A model generated the notes under the pieces. That model was not told the DNA's origin, ran no database searches, and worked only from the letters and a program-made list of their open reading frames with translations. Shown in pieces: positions 10,484 to 19,918 of a stretch of 64,000 bases of DNA (position 1 is the stretch's first letter; every line of letters begins with the position of its first letter). A program made the translations under genes and the position numbers. This DNA comes from a virus (lineage: Duplodnaviria; Caudoviricetes): IMG/VR virus record IMGVR_UViG_3300037418_002116. The stretch is one strand, 5' to 3'.

Positions 10484-10963
10484 TTGTCAACACTCACACC
10501 AGAACAGCGGGACGCTATCATCAAAACAATCTATGGTGAAGCAAGAGGCGAACCGGAAAAAGGTATGCGAGCCGTGGCCCATGTCATCAAAAACAGAACA
10601 GCTGATTACCGTTGGCCCGATGATCCGGAAGCCGTGGTTAAGCAGCATCTACAATTTTCGTCATGGAACACAAATGACCCAAATTATGCCAAAATTCAGG
10701 CGCTTCCAAAAACAAACACATTCTATCAGTCAATCGGCCACATTGTGGACGAAGTATGGGCTGGCGAACCTGATTTCACCAATGGAGCGGTCTATTATTA
10801 TGCGCCAGCGGGTATGCCCGGCCATAAAGCACCAAGCTGGTGGTCTACAGCCGTAGCGGAATCTGGTGGCCAGATTCAGGTTGGTGGTCAGTATTTTGCC
10901 GGTAAGGTTCATACACAGAAGCCAGCGGCAAAAATTGTAAAGAGAACAGCTAAGAAAGCCTAA
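10484..10963 (+). CDS. Cell wall hydrolase, SleB/Hydrolase_2 family
   Basis: TIYGEARGE catalytic motif, VAHVIKNR, QFSSWN. Confidence 0.9.
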   Translation: MSTLTPEQRDAIIKTIYGEARGEPEKGMRAVAHVIKNRTADYRWPDDPEAVVKQHLQFSSWNTNDPNYAKIQALPKTNTFYQSIGHIVDEVWAGEPDFTNGAVYYYAPAGMPGHKAPSWWSTAVAESGGQIQVGGQYFAGKVHTQKPAAKIVKRTAKKA

Positions 10964-10965
10964 TT

Positions 10966-11718
10966 TTGATGAGCTTTAAAAATTTCTTGATTGAATCCGC
11001 AACGGCAGAGGCAGCAAGAAGTCTTGGATTGACGTATTTTGGTTTTGGAAAATACGGCAAGGATGGACGTGTGGAATATATCGTGCATGATGGAAAACTC
11101 ATTCCATTCAATGCTAAAGTGAAACAAGAAATTGGGGATACTGTTCCAACCAACAAGTCCCTTAAACCTATTCAGGATGGAACAAAGGTTTTCAATGGTG
11201 AACCAAGAGCGATTGAAACCCAGATTTCCAAGCAAACATCTGGCGCTATCGGTGAACATATTGCAGTTGCCTATCTCAAATCGATAGGCATTACCGATGC
11301 TGAACCTCTGAATATGCGTACTTCCAATTTTCCAGTTGATTTGATTGGCGATCATATGCTTTGTGAGGTTAAAACCGGACTGGTATCTAACCAGAAAGGT
11401 GCGCAACACTGGCGAGCAACCATCGGACAACCGGGCAAGGCCGAAACGGAGTGGCTTAAAAGCGCTTCTAAGGAAGAAAAAGCAGCTTGGAACAAGCGCA
11501 AAAATCAAGAAATTATGGACCGCAAGAATGCCGTCCTGAAAGATATGTCAAAAAAATACGGAACCCCTATGAAAGCCCGAACTTTGACAACAATCCTGAA
11601 TCCTGATACACATACGGTTGACGTATTTTTGTTCGAAGGCTTCCATTCGAGCATAAAATGGAATTCCGAGGAAGCGAAGCGCTCTTACGTGGGGACGTTC
11701 AAATACCATGCAGACTGA
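10966..11718 (+). CDS. Putative internal head protein with PD-(D/E)XK nuclease-like C-terminal domain
   Basis: N-terminus MMSFKNFLIE resembles the T4 IP capsid-targeting sequence; GAIGEHIA...PVDL...LCEVKTG gives an E-D-EVK catalytic pattern. Confidence 0.6.
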   Translation: MMSFKNFLIESATAEAARSLGLTYFGFGKYGKDGRVEYIVHDGKLIPFNAKVKQEIGDTVPTNKSLKPIQDGTKVFNGEPRAIETQISKQTSGAIGEHIAVAYLKSIGITDAEPLNMRTSNFPVDLIGDHMLCEVKTGLVSNQKGAQHWRATIGQPGKAETEWLKSASKEEKAAWNKRKNQEIMDRKNAVLKDMSKKYGTPMKARTLTTILNPDTHTVDVFLFEGFHSSIKWNSEEAKRSYVGTFKYHAD

Positions 11719-11917
11719 ACAAGATAATGTTCCAAAAAACGTTGTGGACGAATTCACCAACGCACTGAACGATCACGAAAAAGAATTGCGCAAACAAATG
11801 ACGCATCATCTGGACCATCTTGAAGGCCAGAACGGAACAAAAGAGCCGGAACACAACGTCCATCACATCGACGTTGCCGATTCCGGTGTGGACCCTTCCA
11901 AAATTTCCTCAAAGTAG
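11708..11917 (+). CDS. Hypothetical protein
   Basis: Overlaps the upstream stop; ends just before an early promoter. Confidence 0.55.
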   Translation: MQTEQDNVPKNVVDEFTNALNDHEKELRKQMTHHLDHLEGQNGTKEPEHNVHHIDVADSGVDPSKISSK

Positions 11918-11919
11918 CG

Positions 11920-11972
11920 GTTGACATCCTCAATATTTCGATTATATTAATCTCGACATAGAGAGGAATTCG
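11920..11972 (+). promoter_or_regulatory. Early (host RpoD-type) promoter and RBS
   Basis: GTTGAC-N16-TTATAT followed by GAGAGGAATTCG-ATG; the same architecture recurs many times in the window. Confidence 0.8.
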
Positions 11973-13441
11973 ATGATTTGGGATGACGCCCGGTATGATC
12001 GTTTTTTGGATGGACGTGAATCACGCCGTCTAAAGCAGGATGCCCACAATCTAGACAAGCTGGATCGCCAAATGGCGGCGGCAGAAGCGATGATTGGCGA
12101 GCTTTGCAAGGAAGGCAAGCAAGTTTTTTACATCTATCCAGTGGGCGGCAAGTACCGTGAAGGCCCTCGCCACGAGCTTATCGATTTCCTCATTCGCAAT
12201 AGGTATGTGTGATGACTGCCGCCCAATTCGAAGCTTTTGCCAATTCGTTGCCAAATGGTTTTTTGAAGACATGGAAGGCAAATTCTATGATCGGACAAAT
12301 CCAGATGTACGGCGGCGTGGAACAGCTTGGCTTGGAGTGGGTTGAAAATTGCCTTCTGATGGAAGGTTTCACCAATGCGAACTGCATTGAAATCTACAAA
12401 TTTTTGAGGGACACAAAATGACCAAGACACAGAAGCAGAAGCGTCGTTCCGAGATTATCAAGCAGCTTTCGGACCTTTCTCGCAATGGTTGGGCTGGCGC
12501 ACTCGAATGCGACTACAAGCCGCTGGAAAAAGAGCTTGCGGAACTGGACGCATGACACCGCTCACCAAGAAAATTCTGTTCACCATCGCACAGGCCGTCG
12601 TCATTGGCGCTCTCACTGGTGCGATCACATCTTATTTTGTTGCAAACGCTGTTATGAAGGCAAACGGGTATTGACATGCATATTATTGTTTCAGATCAAT
12701 GGCTTAACGATTGCGGGATGTCTCGCCTTTCCGGCGTTTCGCTGAAAGTTATCAAGCATACGCCCATGTGGTCGAAAGGCGAATCGATGTATGAAGTCGA
12801 ATTGCCGGAAGGTCGGTCGTGGGTTGTGTGGTCGATTCGTGGCGTGAAGGAAGTCGATGATCCTTCGCCCATCGTTCCGGCTTCCGAACCCAGACCAGAG
12901 ATTCGAACGGATTACCTTTCCGTTGTCGAAGCCAGAAAAAAGGTGAGGCGTCGTGGCAAAAAATCAGACCAAACAGCTTAAATCGAATCTTTTCGATAGG
13001 CCACGTTATGCCTTTGATGAAGAACATCTTTTTCACCATTGGCATGACGAGAAAGAGCGGGAAGAATTCGAAACCGAAACATTTCCGTGGTGGTCGCCGG
13101 TTTGGAACGAAGATCGAGGAACAAAAAATTGGCGACTCGTGAATCCACACGGGAATCTCTTCGACTTTGCTGAATTCTACAGACCATTCTTTGATACGGA
13201 TTATCCGGGTTACAGGCCGGAATACCGTGCGAATCTTTCTACCGGTTCTTGTTACGAATGGACGCCCGTCTTTTTCCTTCATTGGATGAAGGCCGTCGTC
13301 TATGATCGCTCCATCTATCTGTGGAATCAGAACGAAAAAAGATTCAAGGCCGAATTTCCGAACAAGAAACCAGACCAGATCGCCCGCATGTGCGACGAAG
13401 AAAACGCAAAATATTTTGAATCGTTGCGTGGTGAGTGTTGA
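11973..13441 (+). CDS. Early cluster of small hypothetical CDSs (11973-12212, 12209-12421, 12418-12555, 12552-12674, 12676-12981, 12953-13441)
   Basis: Chained ATGA/GTGA overlaps behind an early promoter. Confidence 0.65.
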
Positions 13442-13486
13442 CTCTCTCTATATTTCTATTATATTGGTGAATGTAGAGAGGAACGA
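13437..13486 (+). promoter_or_regulatory. Early promoter with inverted repeat flanking the -10 box
   Basis: GTTGAC-N16-TTATAT; CTCTCTATATTT (13444-55) / GAATGTAGAGAG (13469-80). Confidence 0.8.
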
Positions 13487-14834
13487 ATGACCTACGAAGT
13501 CCTTTATGAAAACCGTGGTGATCGCTGGCCATTGTGCAATGTCGCTCTGGTGACCAATGACAAGGACAAGGCGTTCGAATATTGCCGGAAGCTTTCCGGT
13601 CCTCTTGCCCAAGCCATTCACTATGCCATCACCAGCGAAGATGGTGTTACCCACTGGAACACCAAGGAAAAGGGTTTGTTGTAATGTCAATTGCTCTTTC
13701 GTTTGAAGCCAAGTTCGAAGACGGCGTTATGCGCTGGCAGTCCAGCGGTCGTGTTCCGCCCGAAGAGTGGGTTGAAAAGGCCATTCGGGAAGGCTATCCG
13801 GTCGATAAGGCCAAGTGTGACGCCGCCCGTTCCGCCGAGTTGAAGGAATTCTTCGCAGCCTATCGCAAGGCACAGGCTGAGAGAACGCCGGAACAGATTG
13901 CCGAAGAGCGTATGGAGGCACGTGCAGCCATGGGCGCTGGCGTGAAGATGGTCAACATCTTGACGGGCGAGGAATTCACCACGTGATAAAAGATGTGAAA
14001 TATCTTTATTTCGATATCGACTCGGAATGTGTCTATCGTAAACCAACAGACCATTACGAATCCTTCCTGCCAACCATCGATTTGACGGAAGGATGGTTGG
14101 TGTTCGTGGAATACACGGTCTATGATTCGAACGGACCTTCACCCGGAACCTATTATGAAGTCATTGACTTGTATCCGGATGCCGAGTCGGCCCGAGCGCA
14201 AGCCATTCGAATCAAGGAACGTCAATGGGGCGATATCGGTCCTGAACCTGTCAAGGCTGATGGCAGCAAGGTCTATGAATCATGGAAGAATTGGGGACAA
14301 AGTTTCTCAAAATGCGTCATGGTCAAGGTAACCGTCACTGACAAAAAGCCCATCTTGCGGGAAGAGTTTAGGTGATCGGCAAGCATTTCAAGATTGTTGT
14401 TCCCGAACATTACAAAGAATCAGGCTTGCTTGTTCGGGAACATGTTGTGCGTTTCAAGGTGATCGATGTTGAAGGCGACACCGCTCTTGTGATGTATCGC
14501 AATGGAAATGTCGGTTCCTTGAAGATAGAGAATTTTCAGGATGATCCTGATTATCTCATTTACGACAGACGAGGGAACAAAATCCCAATTCAGAAAAAGG
14601 CAGCACAAAAGTACAGCGCAAAGAAGCGAAAGAGGAAAAGCGATGTGGAATTGCAATGCCAAGGTAAATGAACGACAACTGTTCGGAACTGCCCGATATT
14701 CGTTCGTTGGAGGCTATTCAGACGGATATTTCGGCAAACCCAAAGCTCTTGCGTATTCATCCGACAAGAATATGAATGCCAAAGCCTATAACGAAGGCTT
14801 TGTCGAAGGCAAGAAAGACAAAGAAACCGTCTAA
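13487..14834 (+). CDS. Early cluster of small hypothetical CDSs (13487-13684, 13684-13986, 13983-14375, 14372-14671, 14643-14834)
   Basis: Chained overlaps and RBSs; the last ORF is Rmf/CrpP-fold-like. Confidence 0.65.
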
Positions 14835-15397
14835 TTCAGAACCGTTATGAAGGCGGTTTTTAAATTCTGTGCAGTCGCCGGGCGAAATTTTCTGTTTTGT
14901 TCGGCGTCTGGATACATGAAAATGAATTCCACATCCGGATATTGTTTGGCGAACCAATCCAGATACAGCATCCGATTGGCGCAATCTGCTAGTGATGCTC
15001 GTGTTTCCGGGCCATAACCATTGGTGGAATCATAGATATTCGCCATGTTCAGTTCAGCATCCTCGAATAGGAAATCGAAGCCGATGCAGTAGAGGGACGT
15101 ATGCCCGGCCTTGATCGCTTCACGCATAGCGACCATACCGGCGTTCTCTCGATTTCTGTAAGGCGAGTAGGCGAACGGTTCGTATTGTTCATCCTCTGGT
15201 GGCACAATGAACCGTTCCTTTGGGAAGGATGACTCCAGAATTTCCCCAATGATCTTGTCATCGATAGCGACCAGAAAATCAGGTTTGAAATCACGATAGG
15301 CCGCATTGCAGGCATACATAGGCCCGAGCAATTTGAAGTGCGTTAGATCGACTTCTTTGCGTGTCTTGCCATTACCAACGATTATCGCAGTGGTCAT
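14831..15397 (-). CDS. Rossmann-like protein (MAF_flag10/sialyltransferase-like pattern)
   Basis: AIIVGNGKTR, YACNAAYRDFKPDFLVAID and LYCIGFD motifs. Confidence 0.55.
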   Translation of the reverse strand: MTTAIIVGNGKTRKEVDLTHFKLLGPMYACNAAYRDFKPDFLVAIDDKIIGEILESSFPKERFIVPPEDEQYEPFAYSPYRNRENAGMVAMREAIKAGHTSLYCIGFDFLFEDAELNMANIYDSTNGYGPETRASLADCANRMLYLDWFAKQYPDVEFIFMYPDAEQNRKFRPATAQNLKTAFITVLN

Positions 15398-15566
15398 TCG
15401 TCGTCATCGCCTCTATAAGGGTAAATGCTACCCGGCAGTTGTTCATCATGTTCTTGTTGTTTTCGTTTACGCTGTTCTCTGATTTCATCTTTCGATGGTT
15501 TCTTATAATCAGAATAGCCGGAATCATCGTAATCCAGCTTATGGCGTTTATATGATTTACCCATCG

Positions 15567-16247
15567 TTAGACAGTCTTCTTTTGTCCTTTTGGACGACCG
15601 GCTTTCTTCACAGGCGCATTAAAAACAGTTTCCACAATCGCTTGATTGCTCTTCAATGTTGCGGCATCCAAGGCAAGATCGCCATCGCTCTTAAACGAGT
15701 CACCCAATACAGAATCGTCAAACCCCTCGAAATCTTCTCCCAACAAGTTCGAAGAGCTTTCCAAAGGGGCGGTAACGACCGCTTTCTCTTTTTTTGGCTT
15801 TTCAACTTCCGGCCCCCATTTGGCAACCAAGAGAGGGAAAGCTTCGCTGATGAGCGCACGTGTGATGGTTTTGTTTGGCAGCGCACGATGGTCCTTCACA
15901 TAGAGCAACAGCTTGGCGTCCTTTGGATGCAGTGTTTGCAGTAGTGAAATGAACATCGTTTCACGTTTAGCAGGCTTCATATGTGGATATGGGCCGGTCG
16001 AATTGAAGTGCTGTAGCAAGCGAAAATCTTGCCAGATACGACCGTCCAAAAGAACGGCATCATCCTTGCAAGGCTCATAGGGCGGCTCACCTTCCGGAAC
16101 AAGCCATTTGATATTGGAATCAAAGACATAGCCCAAGAACGCTTTCAGATTTTTGTTAGAGTATTTGTGGAGAACAGCGATCTTCTCTGATTTGGTTGGA
16201 GCCTTATCGGCTTCTTCAAAGATCGTGTATAGTGCTGGTAGTGACAT
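15567..16247 (-). CDS. Conserved T4-like hypothetical protein downstream of rnh
   Basis: KIAVLHKY...WLVPEGEPPYEP...RETMFISLLQTLHPKDAKLL pattern recurrent in T4-like phages. Confidence 0.7.
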   Translation of the reverse strand: MSLPALYTIFEEADKAPTKSEKIAVLHKYSNKNLKAFLGYVFDSNIKWLVPEGEPPYEPCKDDAVLLDGRIWQDFRLLQHFNSTGPYPHMKPAKRETMFISLLQTLHPKDAKLLLYVKDHRALPNKTITRALISEAFPLLVAKWGPEVEKPKKEKAVVTAPLESSSNLLGEDFEGFDDSVLGDSFKSDGDLALDAATLKSNQAIVETVFNAPVKKAGRPKGQKKTV

Positions 16248-16433
16248 TTATGGAAGCTTCTCTATTCTTGAATCGCCGTTAGTAACTGGAATGAAATACC
16301 ATTTGTCCAATTCGTTTTTGAAACCAGATGCTTCAAGATTAGCTTTGGTAAGTTCCATTATTTCGTTTTGTTTAGAAGTCGGCAATTGTCCTACATGAAC
16401 ATAATAAACATAACGTTGAATATCGTAATTCAA
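16248..16433 (-). CDS. Hypothetical protein
   Basis: Abuts neighbours on both sides. Confidence 0.6.
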   Translation of the reverse strand: MNYDIQRYVYYVHVGQLPTSKQNEIMELTKANLEASGFKNELDKWYFIPVTNGDSRIEKLP

Positions 16434-16435
16434 GT

Positions 16436-17287
16436 TTAAAATTCCTCTAAGTTTTCTACTAGATTCCGAAGTCCTTTATCCATGAAATACTTCATTAGCT
16501 TCATGCCACGACCACCGGTTATTGTACTATTATCTATATAGCATCGATGAACTTCTTCGATAATGTCTTCTGGAATCTTGAAAAGAGAAATCAAACTCTC
16601 ATTTCGATTGTAATTCTGCATCACTTCGGCGTTGAATACGTTCTCGGGCACTGATGCAATCCATTCATTCACCTTGGCATCGGTAAGGCGCTTTTGACGC
16701 TTATCCGGATTGACGAATGTATCGTCATCCGACAGCACGTTTGGAATGCCGTCGCCAAGATCGCCACGAATGATGTGTTCGATCAAGAATGAGCCGGGAT
16801 TGTCACACTTCATGAGCGACGACAAGCGAGGCGAATACATGGCGATACCGGGAATGCGCTGTAGCTGCAAAAAGTCCTTATCATTGGAAATGATGATATG
16901 CGGGCCGGGCTCACGTGTGCAGATGGCACCAATGATATCGTCGGCTTCCGCCCGGTCGACTCGGATCACCTTGTAAGGAAAGAATTCCTTGATTTCGTTG
17001 TGGATGGTATCGATGATTTCGAAGAGCCGATTCCAGTCAATGGTTGACTGCTTGCGAGCCGCTTTTCGAGATGCTTTGTAATGTGGGAAAATCTGCTTGC
17101 GCCAATAATTCTTGGCATCGATGCAGATTACCACTTCTCCATATTGTTTGTGGAACTTCCTCCGAACAGAACGAATGACGTTCAGGACAATGTGTCGTGT
17201 TGCATTCTCGTCTAGTTCAATGTGTTGTTGCATAGAAATCATGACGGAGCTTACAGCAACCGCCGAAAAATCAACTAAAATACTCAA
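16436..17287 (-). CDS. rnh: T4-type RNase H (5'-3' exonuclease)
   Basis: ILVDFS, YWRKQIFPHYKASRK, EADDIIG, SNDKDFLQL, IIRGDLGDGIPNVLS motifs. Confidence 0.95.
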   Translation of the reverse strand: MSILVDFSAVAVSSVMISMQQHIELDENATRHIVLNVIRSVRRKFHKQYGEVVICIDAKNYWRKQIFPHYKASRKAARKQSTIDWNRLFEIIDTIHNEIKEFFPYKVIRVDRAEADDIIGAICTREPGPHIIISNDKDFLQLQRIPGIAMYSPRLSSLMKCDNPGSFLIEHIIRGDLGDGIPNVLSDDDTFVNPDKRQKRLTDAKVNEWIASVPENVFNAEVMQNYNRNESLISLFKIPEDIIEEVHRCYIDNSTITGGRGMKLMKYFMDKGLRNLVENLEEF

Positions 17288-17598
17288 TCTATATCTTCTT
17301 TATTCTCTTCTTTCAAAAGCATCTCTACAAGCTCTTCATGACCATCAATGGTATCTTGGCAATGATAATACTTACCAACATTGCGCATAAGTGCAGAGTA
17401 CAAATAATCTGTCACGTAATCGAAATCTTTCAAGAAACGTTCGTTGAGTTCGAAACCGTGGCCTTCAATCTGATTTAGTAATTGTTCTGAATAGTGTTCT
17501 GAAATTTCTGAAATATCTTCTTCGGTAAAGTCTGTAATGTCATCCTTTTTGGTGAGTGATGACTTCTTTAGGACAGGGAAAACTCGAAGGTTCTTCAT
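17284..17598 (-). CDS. Acidic hypothetical protein
   Basis: Operon overlap with rnh. Confidence 0.65.
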   Translation of the reverse strand: MKNLRVFPVLKKSSLTKKDDITDFTEEDISEISEHYSEQLLNQIEGHGFELNERFLKDFDYVTDYLYSALMRNVGKYYHCQDTIDGHEELVEMLLKEENKEDID

Positions 17599-17626
17599 TT
17601 TTACTCTCTTTTCTGAATTATTTAGA

Positions 17627-18715
17627 TCAAAAAACAGAGAGTAGGATATCGTTCTTGTTTATTCTTCCATTTTGGGCCACGGCTTCGGTTGTGGTGAGGC
17701 TGTTCCAAAGCTTGTTCAGTTCCCGCTTTCCGGCCTTCGCCGCTACCGGTACGGTTTCGTGTGGCTTGCGAATGGTCTTCTGTTTGGATGTCTTCAAATC
17801 GACATTGACGAGTGTCGAACCCTTGATCGCCAACTTCTGTCCAGATGAAGCCTTGTAGATCGCCAGCTTGCGTGTCTTGGTGTTGAAGGTGACCAGTTCG
17901 GTTGCGCCGATAATCTTGGTAGGTGAGATGGAAGCGATGTTCAGTGTCTTTTCTTCGGCTTGATACTTCAAACCCTTGATTAAATTTTCGACTGAAACCT
18001 TGCGCTTCTTTCGGGGTGCACGGACACGCTTGCGGTTCTCGACAATGGACTCGGCCCCTTCTGTGAAGGATCGAACCAAGGCGATGTAGGCTTCCCGTTG
18101 CGCCTTGGTCATCTTGAAACCTTCTTTCAGTTCCTTGACCTTTGGAATGGCCTCTAATTCGGCCAAGAGAGGCTTATAGTAAGCTCCAATGTGTGTGATG
18201 GCAGAAAGGGGCAGGGACTCGGCCTTGACCCAATTTTGGAACACGAAATCGGTTTTATAATCATTCCAAATGAAATGATCGATTTCGTCTTCAAGCTCTG
18301 CGATGTACCAGAATTCGAAAACAGGCTTGGATGGTTCTTTTGGCTTTTCGACCGGAGCCGGGATGGTGGACAGAAGGAATTTGATGTTTCGATTATAGAA
18401 ATCGATGGTTTGGTCTGTGAGAATGCAGTTGCGGGAGCGCATACGGGCGACCCAACCAAGCGTAGTCGTGACCTTCATGTCATCGACTTTCTTGATCTTT
18501 TTCAGCGTATCCTTATCATTCTTTTCGAGATATTCATGAAGGAATTCAATAGCTTCCTTGCGCCCGAAAACATAGTTGTAGAAGTTTAGAGCATCACCTA
18601 ATGCACTGTTAGAAGTTAGATTGGAACCGGGGGACGGTTCTGTTCCAACATACTGCTTACTAAGTATTTGTGCCGCTGCACGACCGATATGTGGTGTATT
18701 TCCTTTACGAGACAT
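17627..18715 (-). CDS. Conserved T4-like hypothetical protein (362 aa)
   Basis: Long ORF with phage codon usage; LKYQ...SISPTKIIGATELVTFNTKTRKL...IKGSTL pattern recalled from T4-like phages; function unknown. Confidence 0.7.
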   Translation of the reverse strand: MSRKGNTPHIGRAAAQILSKQYVGTEPSPGSNLTSNSALGDALNFYNYVFGRKEAIEFLHEYLEKNDKDTLKKIKKVDDMKVTTTLGWVARMRSRNCILTDQTIDFYNRNIKFLLSTIPAPVEKPKEPSKPVFEFWYIAELEDEIDHFIWNDYKTDFVFQNWVKAESLPLSAITHIGAYYKPLLAELEAIPKVKELKEGFKMTKAQREAYIALVRSFTEGAESIVENRKRVRAPRKKRKVSVENLIKGLKYQAEEKTLNIASISPTKIIGATELVTFNTKTRKLAIYKASSGQKLAIKGSTLVNVDLKTSKQKTIRKPHETVPVAAKAGKRELNKLWNSLTTTEAVAQNGRINKNDILLSVF

Positions 18716-19139
18716 TCTTTACTAGTTCTGTTATTGTATTAAAAGCGGCCTTGACGCCACTATTCAACTTATCATAAGTTTCTCTATCTATAATTTTGAA
18801 ACCGTTGGGGTAATATGCACCATCTTGCTGTAAAAAGCACAGCGGATTGTCTCTATTCCAGACAATATGAATGTATTCGCCATAATTCTTTTCTGGAACC
18901 AATACGCCTGTTGCGCCGGGTTTGGCATTCATTCCTTCACCGATGTTAACAACATAGATTTTTTCTTCTGCGATGGTAAGTCCTTCAAGATGTTTCTTCA
19001 CGATGCGTTCGATTGCCCAATCTTGATCTTTGTAGAAATAACCGTGACCAGCTATCTTGTCGGTGAAGTGCTTAATTACTGCATCGGTAAGCTTGCGTGA
19101 AGCTTCATCGATATTTTCAATTACCAATTTCGAGGTCAT
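18705..19139 (-). CDS. Hypothetical protein
   Basis: Start adjusted to ATG at 19139 (MTSKLVIE), overlapping the macrodomain gene end. Confidence 0.55.
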   Translation of the reverse strand: MTSKLVIENIDEASRKLTDAVIKHFTDKIAGHGYFYKDQDWAIERIVKKHLEGLTIAEEKIYVVNIGEGMNAKPGATGVLVPEKNYGEYIHIVWNRDNPLCFLQQDGAYYPNGFKIIDRETYDKLNSGVKAAFNTITELVKNVS

Positions 19140-19590
19140 ATATAAAAATTTTACCCTTGTAGATATGTTCGTATTTCTGAAAAATTTTAAGAACGTCTGC
19201 CTTGTCCAGACCACCATTGCCGCAGCCGGGCCACGGGAATGCAACGGTCTTGATTTGGAGTTTGTTCATTTGCTCAAATGCGAGCGGTAGATTACGCTCG
19301 ATATATTCGAGCTTTGACGGATTGCGCCAATCGATCTTTGTAGCGAAAAACATGATGTATTTCGGACCCATCAGCTTCTTTTTGAGCGTGATGAATTTTG
19401 GCTTCAACAGCCTTGGTCCAGCATACAGGAGTCGTCTTGAAAAAATATTGTAGGCTTCGCATTCTTTCGGAAATTTTTCCTTGAAGCGAAGCGCTACACC
19501 TTTACCCATTACACCAACAGAGTTGGTTGTATTAACGATGCATTCGGCATCAGCACACAGAACGTCGCCAATCTTGATTTCTATTGTCAT
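19117..19590 (-). CDS. Macrodomain ADP-ribosyl-glycohydrolase, DarG-like
   Basis: GDVL...IVNTTNSVGVMGKGVALRFKEKFP, FATKIDWRNPSKLEYIE and AFPWPGCGNGGLD match the DarG macrodomain pattern. Confidence 0.85.
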   Translation of the reverse strand: MTIEIKIGDVLCADAECIVNTTNSVGVMGKGVALRFKEKFPKECEAYNIFSRRLLYAGPRLLKPKFITLKKKLMGPKYIMFFATKIDWRNPSKLEYIERNLPLAFEQMNKLQIKTVAFPWPGCGNGGLDKADVLKIFQKYEHIYKGKIFIYDLEIGN

Positions 19591-19598
19591 GCATTTAT

Positions 19599-19799
19599 TT
19601 ATTCACTCTTTTTGCGATGGACAAACAGATACCATGAAGTGTCGGAATGATGCGTCGTTCGCTCCATGAATTCGTCAATTTCTGCTTCATCATTATAGGT
19701 TCTGATGATAGTCTGATAGAATTCACCATCTTCATCATCAAAATATGATGTTATTGATCTACCCAGAAATGGAGTCCTGATTTTAGCAACGCCGCCCAA
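19599..19799 (-). CDS. Hypothetical protein
   Basis: ORF with GAGGAAG RBS. Confidence 0.5.
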   Translation of the reverse strand: MGGVAKIRTPFLGRSITSYFDDEDGEFYQTIIRTYNDEAEIDEFMERTTHHSDTSWYLFVHRKKSE

Positions 19800-19828
19800 C
19801 TATTCTTCCTCTTTGGAGGGATTTGCCT

Positions 19829-19918
19829 TTATTTATTCTTTAAGGCTCTGGCGGCTCTTTTCTTACTGCCGATTTTGCGACGACCTTTGCGTGGTCGATT
19901 CTTGTGAGCATGTGGCAT
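19829..19918 (-). CDS. 29-aa highly basic peptide MPHAHKNRPRKGRRKIGSKKRAARALKNK
   Basis: ATG coupled to the upstream stop (TAATG at 19916-19920); 13 of 29 residues K/R, no acidic residues; below the ORF-track cutoff. Confidence 0.65.
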   Translation of the reverse strand: MPHAHKNRPRKGRRKIGSKKRAARALKNK

